From: Chloroflexota bacterium
GTDB lineage: Bacteria > Chloroflexota > Chloroflexia > Thermomicrobiales > UBA6265
Direction: 5' to 3'
Assembly: GCA_023423795.1 (NCBI GenBank)
Contig: JAFAEX010000158.1
Coordinates: 5,627 to 69,626 of the forward strand
Length of the DNA: 64,000 nt
The notes under the pieces were generated by a model that was not told the origin of the DNA, did not search any database, and saw nothing but the letters and a program-made list of their open reading frames with translations. Shown here in pieces: positions 18,083 through 27,731 of this stretch; positions within the stretch are counted from its first letter, which is position 1; every line of letters starts with the position of its first letter. A program made the translations under genes and the position numbers.

Positions 18083-18445
18083 ATGCCCATGAACGTGACC
18101 GAGGGCCTGGCGATCCTCCGCGAGCGGCTGCTCGACAACGGCGCCGATCCGAAGACGATCGGGTTGCTCGACGGCATCGCCCGCCGCGCCGCGCTGCCGA
18201 ACGCGCAGGGCGCCTCCGCGTCGCTGCTCCAGTTGACGCGGATGCTCGCCCGCAGCCCGGCCGCGACCAACGACATCACCGTCTACAACGACCTGCTCAA
18301 GCTCGAAGAACAACTCGAATCCGGCGCTGCCGCCTACCGCGCCCGCCAGGATTCCGAAGAGCGGCAGGCCGATGCCCACGCCCAGCAGCGCACCAAGAAG
18401 TACTACCGAGACTTGAAGGAACGGGAGAAGGAGCGCGGCGACTAG
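18083..18445 (+). CDS. Hypothetical protein (120 aa)
   Basis: ATG 18083 behind GGGGAGG. Helical, with a Lys/Arg/Glu-rich C-terminus. Confidence 0.6.
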   Translation: MPMNVTEGLAILRERLLDNGADPKTIGLLDGIARRAALPNAQGASASLLQLTRMLARSPAATNDITVYNDLLKLEEQLESGAAAYRARQDSEERQADAHAQQRTKKYYRDLKEREKERGD

Positions 18446-18518
18446 TATTGCCTGCGTAGCGGTTTCCCCACGATTTCGCGATCAGGCCGCGCACGGCGCG
18501 GGATGAAGGAGCAGCACG

Positions 18519-19808
18519 ATGGTTTCCGCCCCGGAGCGGGTCGCGCTCGACCCGGACCAGATCCTGCCGCGCGCGATCGGCCGTTACACCCCGGTCTTCG
18601 TCGATCGCGGGGAGGGCCTCTACATCTGGGACGTCAACGGCGAGCGCTACGCCGACTACACCTCGGGCATCGGCGTGGTCAACACCGGCCACTGCCACCC
18701 GCGCGTGGTCGAGGCCATCCAGCAGCAGGCCGCGAAGATCATCCACGCGCAGGCCAACATCCTCGCCCACGAGCCGGTCCTGAGGGCGAGCCAGGCGCTG
18801 GTGGCGACCCTGCCCGACAGCCTGAACCAGGTCTTCTGGACGAACTCCGGCGCCGAGGCCACCGAGGGCGCGCTGAAGCTGGCCAAGATCGCCACCGGCC
18901 GCCCGGCGGTCATCGCCTTCCGGGGCGCGTTCCACGGCCGCACCCATGCCGCGATGAGCGTCACCAGCTCGCGGGTCAAGGTGCGCGGCCACTACGAGCC
19001 GCTGCTGTCGAGCGTCTACCACGCGCCGTACCCGTACCTGTTCCGCAGCCCGTACGGCGGCCCGGCCGAGGATCAGGACCTCAAGTACTTCGCCGAACTC
19101 GAAGCGATGTTCGACCAGCTCGTGATGCCCGACGACGTGGCCGCGATCCTGATCGAGACCGTCGTCGGCGAGGGCGGCTACCTGGTGCCGACCGCGCGCT
19201 GGATGCAGCTCGTCCGCGACCTGTGCGACAAGCACGGCATCATGCTGGTCCTCGACGAGGTGCAGTCCGGCATGGGCCGCACCGGCAAGATGTGGGCCTT
19301 CGAGCACTTCGGCGTCGTGCCCGACATCATGACCGTGGCCAAGGGCATCGCCTCCGGCATGCCGGTCGCCGCGGTCGTCGCCGACAAGGCGATCATGGAC
19401 AAGTGGGCGCCCGGCAGCCACGGCGGCACCTACGGCGGCAACGCGGTCGGCACGGCGGCGGCCCTCGCCACGCTGCAGGTCATGGCCGACGAGGACCTGC
19501 CCGGCAACGCCGCGCGCATGGGCGAGGTCCTGACCCAGGGCCTGCGCGAGATCCAGGCGGACTACCCGGTGATTGGCGACGTCCGCGGCCTCGGCCTGAT
19601 GGTCGCCGCCGAGTTCGTCAACCCGGACGGCTCGCCGAACCCGGAGGCGGTCAAGACGGTTCTGGCCAAGGCGCTGGAGGAGAAGGTGCTGCTGATCACC
19701 TGCGGCACCTACGACCAGGCGATCCGGATCATCCCGCCGCTGGTCGTCAACGAGGAGGAGATCCGCTCCTTCCTCGACACTTTCCGCCGGGCGGTCGCGG
19801 CGGTCTAA
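18519..19808 (+). CDS. Class III PLP aminotransferase (4-aminobutyrate / acetylornithine aminotransferase-like)
   Basis: AAGGAG RBS. Motifs [35 protein letters not shown] (PLP lysine). Confidence 0.9.
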   Translation: MVSAPERVALDPDQILPRAIGRYTPVFVDRGEGLYIWDVNGERYADYTSGIGVVNTGHCHPRVVEAIQQQAAKIIHAQANILAHEPVLRASQALVATLPDSLNQVFWTNSGAEATEGALKLAKIATGRPAVIAFRGAFHGRTHAAMSVTSSRVKVRGHYEPLLSSVYHAPYPYLFRSPYGGPAEDQDLKYFAELEAMFDQLVMPDDVAAILIETVVGEGGYLVPTARWMQLVRDLCDKHGIMLVLDEVQSGMGRTGKMWAFEHFGVVPDIMTVAKGIASGMPVAAVVADKAIMDKWAPGSHGGTYGGNAVGTAAALATLQVMADEDLPGNAARMGEVLTQGLREIQADYPVIGDVRGLGLMVAAEFVNPDGSPNPEAVKTVLAKALEEKVLLITCGTYDQAIRIIPPLVVNEEEIRSFLDTFRRAVAAV

Positions 19809-19824
19809 AGCGAATCCAGTTCCG

Positions 19825-19860
19825 GAGCGGGGCGCGGAAGGCATCTTCCGCGCCCCGCTC
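19825..19860 (+). terminator. Perfect 16-bp hairpin after the aminotransferase gene
   Basis: GAGCGGGGCGCGGAAG-GCAT-CTTCCGCGCCCCGCTC. No U-run, so it may be a stabiliser or a factor-dependent terminator. Confidence 0.55.
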
Positions 19861-19951
19861 GCCGGATCGGGGTTGAAGCCCGGCCTCGGGTATCATTGTC
19901 GATTGCACGGTTTGCTCCGGCGCGGCCGGGGACTATTCGTTTGCGCCAAGG

Positions 19952-21064
19952 ATGTTCCCTCCCATGAGCGTTGCGACCGGATCGATCCTTTCCACCCTTG
20001 CCGACGTCGAACGTCGCTTCGAGGACCTCGAACGGCAGATGGCCGATCCCGACGTGGCGACGAATCCGTCACGCCTGCAGGAAATCGGCCGCGAACGGGC
20101 CGACATCGAGGAAGTCGTCGCCGCGTACCGCGAACTGCGGTCGGTGGAGGAGGGCATCTCCGAAACCGAGCTGCTGGCGTCCGACCCGGAGATGGCCGAA
20201 CTCGCCGAGGACGAGCTGCGCTCCTTGCGCGACCGTCGCGAGGCGCTGACCGCCCAGGTGAAGAGCCTACTCGTGCCGAAGGACCCGAACGACGAGAAGA
20301 ACGTCATCGTCGAGATCCGGGCCGGCACCGGCGGCGACGAGGCGGCGCTGTTCGCGGCCGACCTTTACCGGATGTACAGCCGCTACGCCGAACGCAATCG
20401 CTGGAAGTCCGAGATCATCTCGATGACCGAGACCGACGGCGGCGGGTTCCGCGAGGTCATCTTCGAGGTCCGCGGCAAGGGCGCGTACAGCCACCTTCGC
20501 TACGAATCCGGCGTCCACCGGGTGCAGCGGGTGCCCGCCACCGAGCGGCAGGGGCGCATCCATACCAGCACCGCCAGCGTCGCCGTCCTGCCGGAAGCCG
20601 AAGAGGTCGATATCCAGATCGCCGACAACGAGCTCAAGATCGACGTCTACCGCTCCAGCGGCAACGGCGGTCAGAGCGTCAACACGACCGACTCGGCGGT
20701 GCGGATCACCCACCTGCCGACCGGGCTGGTCGTCACCTGCCAGGACGAAAAGAGCCAGCTCAAGAACAGGACCAAGGCGCTGACCGTCCTGCGCTCCCGC
20801 CTGTACGATATCGAGCAGGACAGGCTGGCGCAGGAGCGGGGCGATGCCCGCCGCTCGCAGATCGGTTCCGGCGAGCGGTCGGAGAAGATCCGGACCTACA
20901 ACTTCCCGCAGGACCGCATCACCGACCACCGGATCAACGTCAACCTCTCCAACATCCCCGGCGTGCTGGACGGCCACCTCGACCCGTTCGTGACCGAACT
21001 CCGCGCCGCCGACGAGGCCGAGCGCCTGCGCGAAGCGGGGCTGGAAGAGGCGACTGCGGCGTAG
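19952..21064 (+). CDS. prfA: Peptide chain release factor 1
   Basis: PAT tripeptide ([17 protein letters not shown]) and GGQ motif ([11 protein letters not shown]). The start may be ATG 19964. Confidence 0.93.
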   Translation: MFPPMSVATGSILSTLADVERRFEDLERQMADPDVATNPSRLQEIGRERADIEEVVAAYRELRSVEEGISETELLASDPEMAELAEDELRSLRDRREALTAQVKSLLVPKDPNDEKNVIVEIRAGTGGDEAALFAADLYRMYSRYAERNRWKSEIISMTETDGGGFREVIFEVRGKGAYSHLRYESGVHRVQRVPATERQGRIHTSTASVAVLPEAEEVDIQIADNELKIDVYRSSGNGGQSVNTTDSAVRITHLPTGLVVTCQDEKSQLKNRTKALTVLRSRLYDIEQDRLAQERGDARRSQIGSGERSEKIRTYNFPQDRITDHRINVNLSNIPGVLDGHLDPFVTELRAADEAERLREAGLEEATAA

Positions 21065-21095
21065 CACGGGCATCGCACGCCCCAGCGCATCCACA

Positions 21096-21170
21096 GTCAT
21101 CCCGAGCCTGTCGAGGGATCTCGTAATCGAGTCGAGACGCGACGCGATCCCTCGACAGGCTCGGGATGAC
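21096..21170. repeat. Family-1 hairpin repeat
   Basis: Arms GTCATCCCGAGCCTGTCGAGGGATC (21096-) and the inverted copy ending at 21170. Lies between prfA and the Rieske gene. Confidence 0.85.
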
Positions 21171-21284
21171 GGAGTGGTGCTGGGCGATCGGGCCTCGGCG
21201 TCTACCCCTAATCGCCTGTGCTATCGTGCCGCGCACCTGACACCGACGGCAGCGTTGCCCGGTTTGCGCGGAGGGTTCGTCCAC

Positions 21285-22544
21285 ATGGTCGATTCGCCGG
21301 TTTCGCCGCGCCCGCGGCGGGTCTCGGAGTCCCCGGTTACCGCCTCGGAGGTGGCCGCGACGCGCCGGCCGACGACCGAGGCGAACGTGCTGCCGCCGCG
21401 GGTGTTCCACGACCCCGCCGTCTTCGCTTACGAGATGGACAACTGGTACGCCGGCGGCTGGGTGAGCGTCGGCCGCGAGGAAGACGCGCTGGCTCCCGGC
21501 CAGTACTTCCTCGCCGTCGTCGCCGGCGAGAACATGATCGTGGTGCGCGGCAACGACGGCGTCTTGCGCGCGTTCTACAACGTCTGCCGCCACCGCGGGG
21601 CCGCGCTGGTCGAGGAAGATTGCGGAACGACGCCGCGCTTCCAGTGCCCGTACCACGCCTGGATTTACGACCTCGAAGGGCGGCTGCGAACGCCGCGCCA
21701 CACCGAATTGCTGCGCGATTTCGACCCCGCCGAATGGGGCCTCGTGCCGGCGCGGTGCGATACCTGGCAGGGGATCGTCTACCTCGACCTCTCCGGCAAC
21801 GCGCCGCCACTGCACGAGTGGCTGGGCGACGTGGTGCCGCAGTTCGCCCGGTTCGACCTCGGCGCGCTGCGTCGGGCGCGGCGCATCGACTACGACGTGA
21901 AGGCCAACTGGAAGGCGCTGATCGAGAACTACGAGGAGTGCTACCACTGCCCGGGCGTCCACCCGCAACTCAACAAGATCACGCCCTACAACATGGGCCA
22001 GTACCTGCCGTGGACGGGGCCGTTCATCGGGTCCTACATGGACGTGCTGCCCGAGTACGAGACGCTGTCGCTGACCGGCGAATCAGCCGGGCGGCCCGCC
22101 ATCGCGGGCATGACCGCCGAGGACGAGCACCGCGTCTACTACTTCGCCGTGTGGCCGAACCAGTTGCTCAGCCTGCACCCGGACTACCTGATGCTGCACT
22201 GGCTCGTGCCGATGGAGCCCGGCCGCACGCTCGTCCGCTGCGAGTGGTACTTCGATCCGGCCGAAATGGCCAAGCCCGGGTTCGACCCCAGCGACGCCAT
22301 CGACTTCTGGGACCTCACCAACCGGCAGGATTGGCACGTTTGCGAATTGCAGCAGCGGGGTACGAGGTCGCGGGCTTACACACCGGGCCGCTATTCCGCG
22401 ATCGAGAGCAGCGTGCACGGCTTTGACCTGATGGTGGCCGACCGCTACGCGAACGACGGCATCGTCACCCCGCAGGCCCGCGTCGCGAAGCAGGACAGCA
22501 CGGCAGCGGTCAAGGAACGCGCCCGCTCCCGCGCCGCCGTTTAG
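21285..22544 (+). CDS. Rieske [2Fe-2S] aromatic-ring-hydroxylating oxygenase, alpha subunit-like
   Basis: CRHRG...CPYHAW Rieske motif. Mononuclear-iron region ENYEECYHCPGVH. GGAGGG RBS before ATG 21285. Confidence 0.85.
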   Translation: MVDSPVSPRPRRVSESPVTASEVAATRRPTTEANVLPPRVFHDPAVFAYEMDNWYAGGWVSVGREEDALAPGQYFLAVVAGENMIVVRGNDGVLRAFYNVCRHRGAALVEEDCGTTPRFQCPYHAWIYDLEGRLRTPRHTELLRDFDPAEWGLVPARCDTWQGIVYLDLSGNAPPLHEWLGDVVPQFARFDLGALRRARRIDYDVKANWKALIENYEECYHCPGVHPQLNKITPYNMGQYLPWTGPFIGSYMDVLPEYETLSLTGESAGRPAIAGMTAEDEHRVYYFAVWPNQLLSLHPDYLMLHWLVPMEPGRTLVRCEWYFDPAEMAKPGFDPSDAIDFWDLTNRQDWHVCELQQRGTRSRAYTPGRYSAIESSVHGFDLMVADRYANDGIVTPQARVAKQDSTAAVKERARSRAAV

Positions 22545-22726
22545 CGGCTTTCGGCAACTATGCGTATGCGCGTGGCCAGCGCCGCGTCGCTGGCCGTTGC
22601 CGAGGGCCGGGTGCTCCCCCGCGCGGCGGGCGATACGCTGCACGCTGGCGGACCAGCAACCGTCGCCAGCCGGCACAATCGGAATTCCGCGGGAGCACAC
22701 GCGAACGAGCAGGAGGTGCGCAGGGG

Positions 22727-23185
22727 ATGGAATCCCACGCCCGGTCGCGGGAGCAGCGTCAACGGGACACCCTTGATCGCCTGGGCAAAGATGTCGATGC
22801 CTGGGTCGCCACGGCCGGGACCGATGGCGACCCGTACCTCGTGCCGCTCTCGTTCCTGTGGGACGGCGCAACGCTGCTCTTCGCCACACCCAGTGCGAGC
22901 AGTACCGGACGCAACCTCGCCGCTTCCGGCAAGGCCCGCGTCGCGCTCGGTGGCACCCGCGACGTCGTCCTCATCGAAGGCGAACTGACCGAAACGGTTC
23001 CGGCGGGCGAAATCCCGGCCGACCTCGGCGACCGGTTCGCCGACCGTACCGGCTTCGATCCCCGGCAATCGTCGAGCGCGTTCGCCTACTTCTGCATCCG
23101 GCCGGTCCGCATCCAGGCGTGGCGGGAAGAAAACGAACTGACCGGGCGCGACCTGATGCGCGGCGGCGAGTGGATCGCTTCCTGA
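22727..23185 (+). CDS. Pyridoxamine 5'-phosphate oxidase-family (FMN/F420 split-barrel) protein
   Basis: AGGAGG RBS. Length and pattern (PYLVPLSFLWDG..LLFAT...RNL) typical of PPOX-like proteins. Confidence 0.7.
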   Translation: MESHARSREQRQRDTLDRLGKDVDAWVATAGTDGDPYLVPLSFLWDGATLLFATPSASSTGRNLAASGKARVALGGTRDVVLIEGELTETVPAGEIPADLGDRFADRTGFDPRQSSSAFAYFCIRPVRIQAWREENELTGRDLMRGGEWIAS

Positions 23186-23243
23186 AGAAAGTTCCGCCCG
23201 CTTCGTCCCGGTTCATCGCGGCGCGCGTTCGTCGCTGCCGCTG

Positions 23244-24680
23244 TCAGTCCCCGGCCCGGAAGATCGCCGTCTCCTCGCAGAGGTTGCTGCGGTGGCCAGC
23301 GGCTAGCCGTTTGTAGACCGTCAATACCGACGCCGCGACCGATGGCCACGCGAACCGCTCCACCGACGGCCGCGCGTTCGCGGCGAGTTCGGCGCGGAAC
23401 GCGTCGTCGCGGAGGACCGCGGCGAGCCCGTCTGCGAGCGCCGGCGCCGACCCCATCCGCACGAGCAGGCCGGAAACGCCCTCATCGACCGTGAACTTCA
23501 AGCCGCCGGCGCGGGAGGCCACCACCGGCGTGCCGCTCGCTAGTGACTCGACCGCGACCAGGCCGAAACTCTCGTAGCGCGACGGCACCGCGACGACGTC
23601 CGCCGCGCTGTAGGCCAGCGGTAGTTCGTCCTGCGGCAGCGATCCCAGAAACCGGAACTGGTCGGACAACCCGAGGTCCGCCACGCGGGAGACCACGCCC
23701 TGAAGCGGGCCGGTTGGTAGGCCGTCGGCATCCAGGTCGCCGCCGATGAACAGCACGCGCGGGGTCGGCGTGTCCGGTTCATCGGCCAGCAGGGCCAAGG
23801 CGTCGATGAGCGTATCGATCCCCTTGATCGGGTCGATTCGGCCGCAGAACAGCACGACCGGCTCGTTCGTCTCCAGCCCGTACCGCTCCCGGCAGGCGGC
23901 ACGGTCGTGGGGCCGGAAGACGTCGAGATCGACGCCGGGCGGGATCGTGCAGACTTTCTCGTTGGCAGCGCCCATCCGCCAGACGAGGTCGGCGCGTTCG
24001 TCCGGGTTGGCGGCGATGATGCTGTCGGCCAGCGACAGCAACTGGCGCTCGACCCGGCCGCGCTGCTCGGTCTCCCGGTCGGCCGTGCCGGCGACGGCGT
24101 TCTTCATGTGCGCGGTGGTGTGGAACATCTGGACGAACGGGGTGTCCCAGTAGCGACGGACGAGGTGCGCGGCCCAGCCCGAAAGCCAGTAGTGGGCGTG
24201 GACGGCGTCGTAGCGGACGCCTTCGCGCAGGGAATAGAGGGCCATGTTCGCCGCGAATTCGGGGAGGAACCGGAAAAGGTCGTTTTTGTCCAGCGGCGCC
24301 GGCGGGCCGGCGGTGATGGCGACGACGTTGACGCCTTCGCAGGGAGAAACGACCTCCGGGGTGTCCGGCGACGTGCGCCGGGTGAAGACGTCCACCGGGA
24401 CGCCGAGCCTGGCCACGTTGCAGGCGAGTTCGCGGATGTAGACGTTCATTCCGCCCGCGTCCTTGCCGCCAAGCGTGGCCAGCGGCGAGGTGTGGACGGA
24501 AATCTGGGCAGCGCGCCGCAGGGGAAGGTCGGTCTCGTACCCGAAGACGGCCGGCCCCCCGTACGGGGAAGTGGTCACCGAAGGTTCGCCTTTCGCATGG
24601 GCGGGCGGGGCGGCGACGGCGCGCAGGGCGCGTCGGGGCCGGCCGCGCGCCGGCACCCCGGCGCGCGGGGACTCTACCAC
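23244..24680 (-). CDS. GT4 retaining glycosyltransferase (MshA/BshA-like)
   Basis: N-terminal VHTSPLATLGGKDAGGMNVYIRELA and C-terminal E-x7-E region (PSRYESFGLVAVESLASGTPVV). Start uncertain (GTG 24680 or GTG 24578). Confidence 0.85.
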   Translation of the reverse strand: MVESPRAGVPARGRPRRALRAVAAPPAHAKGEPSVTTSPYGGPAVFGYETDLPLRRAAQISVHTSPLATLGGKDAGGMNVYIRELACNVARLGVPVDVFTRRTSPDTPEVVSPCEGVNVVAITAGPPAPLDKNDLFRFLPEFAANMALYSLREGVRYDAVHAHYWLSGWAAHLVRRYWDTPFVQMFHTTAHMKNAVAGTADRETEQRGRVERQLLSLADSIIAANPDERADLVWRMGAANEKVCTIPPGVDLDVFRPHDRAACRERYGLETNEPVVLFCGRIDPIKGIDTLIDALALLADEPDTPTPRVLFIGGDLDADGLPTGPLQGVVSRVADLGLSDQFRFLGSLPQDELPLAYSAADVVAVPSRYESFGLVAVESLASGTPVVASRAGGLKFTVDEGVSGLLVRMGSAPALADGLAAVLRDDAFRAELAANARPSVERFAWPSVAASVLTVYKRLAAGHRSNLCEETAIFRAGD

Positions 24681-24755
24681 GTCCGCTTTCCGTTCGGTAG
24701 CAACTTCGTTTACGCAAAGCGTAAGGACCGGGCCGGTCCTCGCCCCTTCGGCGGT

Positions 24756-25346
24756 TTACGACCGGTCGGGTAGCAGCAGCCCGTAGTCCCCGCTCTTGCG
24801 GCGGTACAGCACCGAAAGGGTGTCCTCGTCGGCGTTCTGGAAGAGGTAGAAGTCGTGACCGAGCAGTTCGAGTTGCTCGATCGCCTCGTCCACGTGCATC
24901 GGCTTGAGATGGAACCGCTTGGTGCGCACGACCTCGGCGACGGCCTCGGCGGCCTCGTCCTCCGTTGCCACGTCGGCGGTGATCTCCTCTTCGGGGATCG
25001 CCGCCAGCACGTCCGCGGTGCGGATCGTCGCCACCGCGTCCCCACGGCGGCGGGCCCGCTTCGAATGGACCTTGCGGACTTGCTGTTCGAGTTTGTCCAC
25101 GGCGCGATCGATCGCCTGCTTGGCGTCCGGGTCCTGTTCCTCGGCCCGCAGCACGGTGCGCCCGCTCTGGATCGTGAGCTGAGCGGTCACGAGGTCCGGC
25201 CCGACACGAGTGTGGACGTGGCGCAGTTCCAGCTTCGCGTCGTCTACGGACCGCACCAGGCGATCCAGCCGGGCGGTCCGCTTGTCGGCGAACTCGCGCA
25301 GCTCGTCGGACACCGCGATCCCGTTTCCCCGGATGTTCAGGTCCAT
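24756..25346 (-). CDS. hpf: Ribosome hibernation promoting factor, long form
   Basis: MDLNIRGNGIAVSDELREFADKR... plus the C-terminal dimerisation domain (KRFHLKPMHVDEAIEQLELLGHDFYLF). Confidence 0.9.
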   Translation of the reverse strand: MDLNIRGNGIAVSDELREFADKRTARLDRLVRSVDDAKLELRHVHTRVGPDLVTAQLTIQSGRTVLRAEEQDPDAKQAIDRAVDKLEQQVRKVHSKRARRRGDAVATIRTADVLAAIPEEEITADVATEDEAAEAVAEVVRTKRFHLKPMHVDEAIEQLELLGHDFYLFQNADEDTLSVLYRRKSGDYGLLLPDRS

Positions 25347-25462
25347 GACAGCTCCTGCCGTCGGAGTGCGACCGATCGTCAAGGGTGCGCGGTCGCCAGA
25401 CGCCATGTTCGGTGGCGCCCTCGGTGCAGGACAGTAGGGGCGGGGAGGGCGCAATTCCTCGG

Positions 25463-25535
25463 TGCCCGCGGAGGGACTCGAACCCCCGGCGCCCGCCTTA
25501 GGACGGCGGCGCTCTATCCGCTGAGCTACGCGGGC
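25463..25535 (-). tRNA. tRNA-Arg (anticodon CCT)
   Basis: Hand-folded cloverleaf: acceptor GCCCGCG/CGCGGGC, D arm GCTC/GAGC, anticodon loop GTCCTAA, T loop TTCGAGT. CCA not fully encoded. Confidence 0.85.
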
Positions 25536-25636
25536 AGGACGGCCAGCGGCTCGTCTCTGTGCGATGCTACCACACCGCGAGGGGCCGAATCCGCCGTTTG
25601 CCGAGCGCCAAACCCTGTGGTAAACTCCGCGGCGTT

Positions 25637-25711
25637 CGGGGAGTAGCGCAGCCCGGTTAGCGCGCAGCGTTCGGGACGCTGAGGCCGGAGGTTCGAATCC
25701 TCTCTCCCCGA
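25637..25711 (+). tRNA. tRNA-Pro (anticodon CGG)
   Basis: Acceptor CGGGGAG/CTCCCCG, anticodon stem CAGCG/CGCTG, loop TTCGGGA, T loop TTCGAAT. Confidence 0.85.
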
Positions 25712-25718
25712 CCTTTAC

Positions 25719-25746
25719 GGGAGCGGCACTGCCGCTCCCGTTTTTT
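25719..25746 (+). terminator. Intrinsic terminator after tRNA-Pro
   Basis: GGGAGCGGC-ACT-GCCGCTCCC followed by GTTTTTT. Confidence 0.8.
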
Positions 25747-25766
25747 CGTTCCCGGAGGCGATTGGC

Positions 25767-27197
25767 GTGGGACGAGCTTCGACGCGGGTTCCGGCTCCCG
25801 GCGTCACTCCGGAGGGAACCTCGGCGTTCGCCGCACTGCCGTCGGTCGCGCGCATCGTTGCGCTGGCGCGTGAAGCCGGCAGCCGCCTGGTCGAACCGGC
25901 GATCGTGCGGGTCGCGCAGGATGCGCTGGACCGGGAACGCGCCGGCATCTCCGCGGGTGCGACCCCGACGCGAACAGACATCGAATCCCGGATCGTCGAG
26001 CGCGTGCTGGCCCTCGACCGCCCGCGCCTCGGGCCGGTGCTGAACGCCACCGGGGTCATCGTCCACACCAACCTGGGGCGCGCTCCGGTCAGCGTCGAAA
26101 CCGCGCAGGCGATGGCGGATGCGGCGGCCAACGCCGTCTCCCTTGAACTCGACCCCGCCAGCAACGAGCGGGGCGGGCGGATGCGGGAGATATCGGCGCT
26201 CGTGACCGCGCTGACCGGGGCCGAGGCGGCGCTCGCGGTCAACAACTGCGCGGCGGCGCTGGTCCTCACGCTGGCGGCGCTCGCGTCCGGTCGCGAGGTC
26301 GTCGTCAGCCGCGGCGAAGCGGTCGAGATCGGCGGCGGATTCCGCATCCCGGACGTGATGCGGCAAAGCGGAGCGACCCTCGTGGAGGTTGGCACGACCA
26401 ACCGGACGTATGCGTCGGACTACGCCGCCGCCACGGGCGAATACACGGCGATGTTCCTGAAGGTGCACGCCAGCAATTTTCGGATCGTCGGCTTCACGCA
26501 TGCGCCGACGCTCGCCGAACTGGCGCCGCTCGCCGCGTCCCACGGCATCGCGCTCGTCGAGGATCTCGGGAGCGGCGCGATGCTCGATACTCGCCAGTTT
26601 GGACTCGCGCCGGAACCGACGCTGCAGGACGCCATCGCCGGTGGGGCCGACGTCGCACTCGTGAGCGGCGACAAGTTGCTGGGAGGTCCGCAGGTCGGGA
26701 TCGTCGCCGGCCGGCGCGAGATCGTGTCCCGCATCGGCGCCCATCCGCTGGCGCGCGCGGTGCGTGCCGACAAGACGGCGCTCGCCGGGCTTGCCGCAAC
26801 GCTGCGTCACTACGCGCGGGGCGAAGCACTGGAGACGATTCCCGTCTGGCGCGCGATCTCTGCCGATCCTGGCGCGATCCGATCCCGGGCCGACAGGTTG
26901 GCGGCTGCGCTTTCGGCAGCCAGGTTGCCGGCGACCGTTGCCGATTCGGCCGCGACGGTTGGCGGCGGATCACTCCCCGGTGAGACCTTGCCGAGTTGGG
27001 CGGTCGCCATCCCGGCGGCGAGTATTCCCGCGGCCGACCTCGACGCCTTCGCCCGTCGATTGCGGACCGGCTCGCCCGGTGTCTTCGGCCGCATCGACGA
27101 CGGCCGCCTGCTCTTCGATCTGCGAACGGTCATGCCGGAAGATGACGCCGGGCTTGAATCGGCGATCCTCGCCGCAATGTCCCCGACTCATGTCTGA
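25767..27197 (+). CDS. selA: L-seryl-tRNA(Sec) selenium transferase
   Basis: SelA signatures LNATGVIVHTNLGRA and VSGDKLLGGPQVGIVAG (PLP lysine). GTG start behind GGAGG. Confidence 0.88.
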   Translation: MGRASTRVPAPGVTPEGTSAFAALPSVARIVALAREAGSRLVEPAIVRVAQDALDRERAGISAGATPTRTDIESRIVERVLALDRPRLGPVLNATGVIVHTNLGRAPVSVETAQAMADAAANAVSLELDPASNERGGRMREISALVTALTGAEAALAVNNCAAALVLTLAALASGREVVVSRGEAVEIGGGFRIPDVMRQSGATLVEVGTTNRTYASDYAAATGEYTAMFLKVHASNFRIVGFTHAPTLAELAPLAASHGIALVEDLGSGAMLDTRQFGLAPEPTLQDAIAGGADVALVSGDKLLGGPQVGIVAGRREIVSRIGAHPLARAVRADKTALAGLAATLRHYARGEALETIPVWRAISADPGAIRSRADRLAAALSAARLPATVADSAATVGGGSLPGETLPSWAVAIPAASIPAADLDAFARRLRTGSPGVFGRIDDGRLLFDLRTVMPEDDAGLESAILAAMSPTHV

Positions 27198-27328
27198 GGG
27201 GAACGCAGGCGGCGCGAGGTTCTTCTCGAATCGGGTGTAGGACCCCGTATCGGCGCCGCTCGAACGAATCCGAATGGGTTGTGACCCGTGATGCGAGATC
27301 CGGCTGATTGTCGCGCGAATCCGTTCGT

Positions 27329-27417
27329 CGTTCGTCGGGGAGGGCGCGGGTCCCTCCCCGACGAACGCACGCCGTCACGGGCAGGCGAAACGGCGCCGAC
27401 CAGCCGGATTTCGTATT
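27329..27417. repeat. Family-2 repeat: perfect 16-bp hairpin plus conserved tail ending CCGGATTTCGTAT
   Basis: CGTTCGTCGGGGAGGG-CGCGGGT-CCCTCCCCGACGAACG (27329-27367). The tail GGCGAAACGGCG.CGA..AGCCGGATTTCGTAT matches 63263-63295 nearly base for base. Confidence 0.8.
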
Positions 27418-27667
27418 ACCGCCAATTCTCGTAATCGTCGTACGAATCGTAGGTCGAGCGGTAACCGCCGCCCTCGTAAATCTCCTGACCGTCCTGATAG
27501 GTCGTCACGCTCCAGTCGCCCCAGTGCTCTTCGTGGTAGGACGTCGAAACCCGTTCGACGCCACGGTTGCCGTTGCGGGCGTCGGCTTCCGCGCCCATCA
27601 CCAGCGCGCACGCGCCGGCCAACGCCAGTGCGGCAACGGCTCGGCCAAGATTCCGATCGATCGCCAT
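27416..27667 (-). CDS. Hypothetical small secreted protein (83 aa, Tyr/Asp/Glu-rich)
   Basis: GAGGAGG RBS. Signal-peptide-like AVAALALAGACALVMGAEA. Mature part rich in Y, D, E, W. Confidence 0.6.
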   Translation of the reverse strand: MAIDRNLGRAVAALALAGACALVMGAEADARNGNRGVERVSTSYHEEHWGDWSVTTYQDGQEIYEGGGYRSTYDSYDDYENWR

Positions 27668-27731
27668 GAATGGACCTCCTCGTCCCCTGATCTCGCGGCG
27701 GCGATCGGTCATCGTCGCCCGTGCCCACATC

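Noticed and set aside
25347-25462. raiA-motif RNA upstream of hpf
   Set aside because: Only about 115 nt are available between the hpf start and the tRNA-Arg gene, and I see no matching multi-stem structure.
27198-27415. tRNA-Sec (selC) next to selA
   Set aside because: No cloverleaf with a UCA anticodon or long variable arm could be folded here or in 25347-25766. The region is occupied by the family-2 hairpin repeat.
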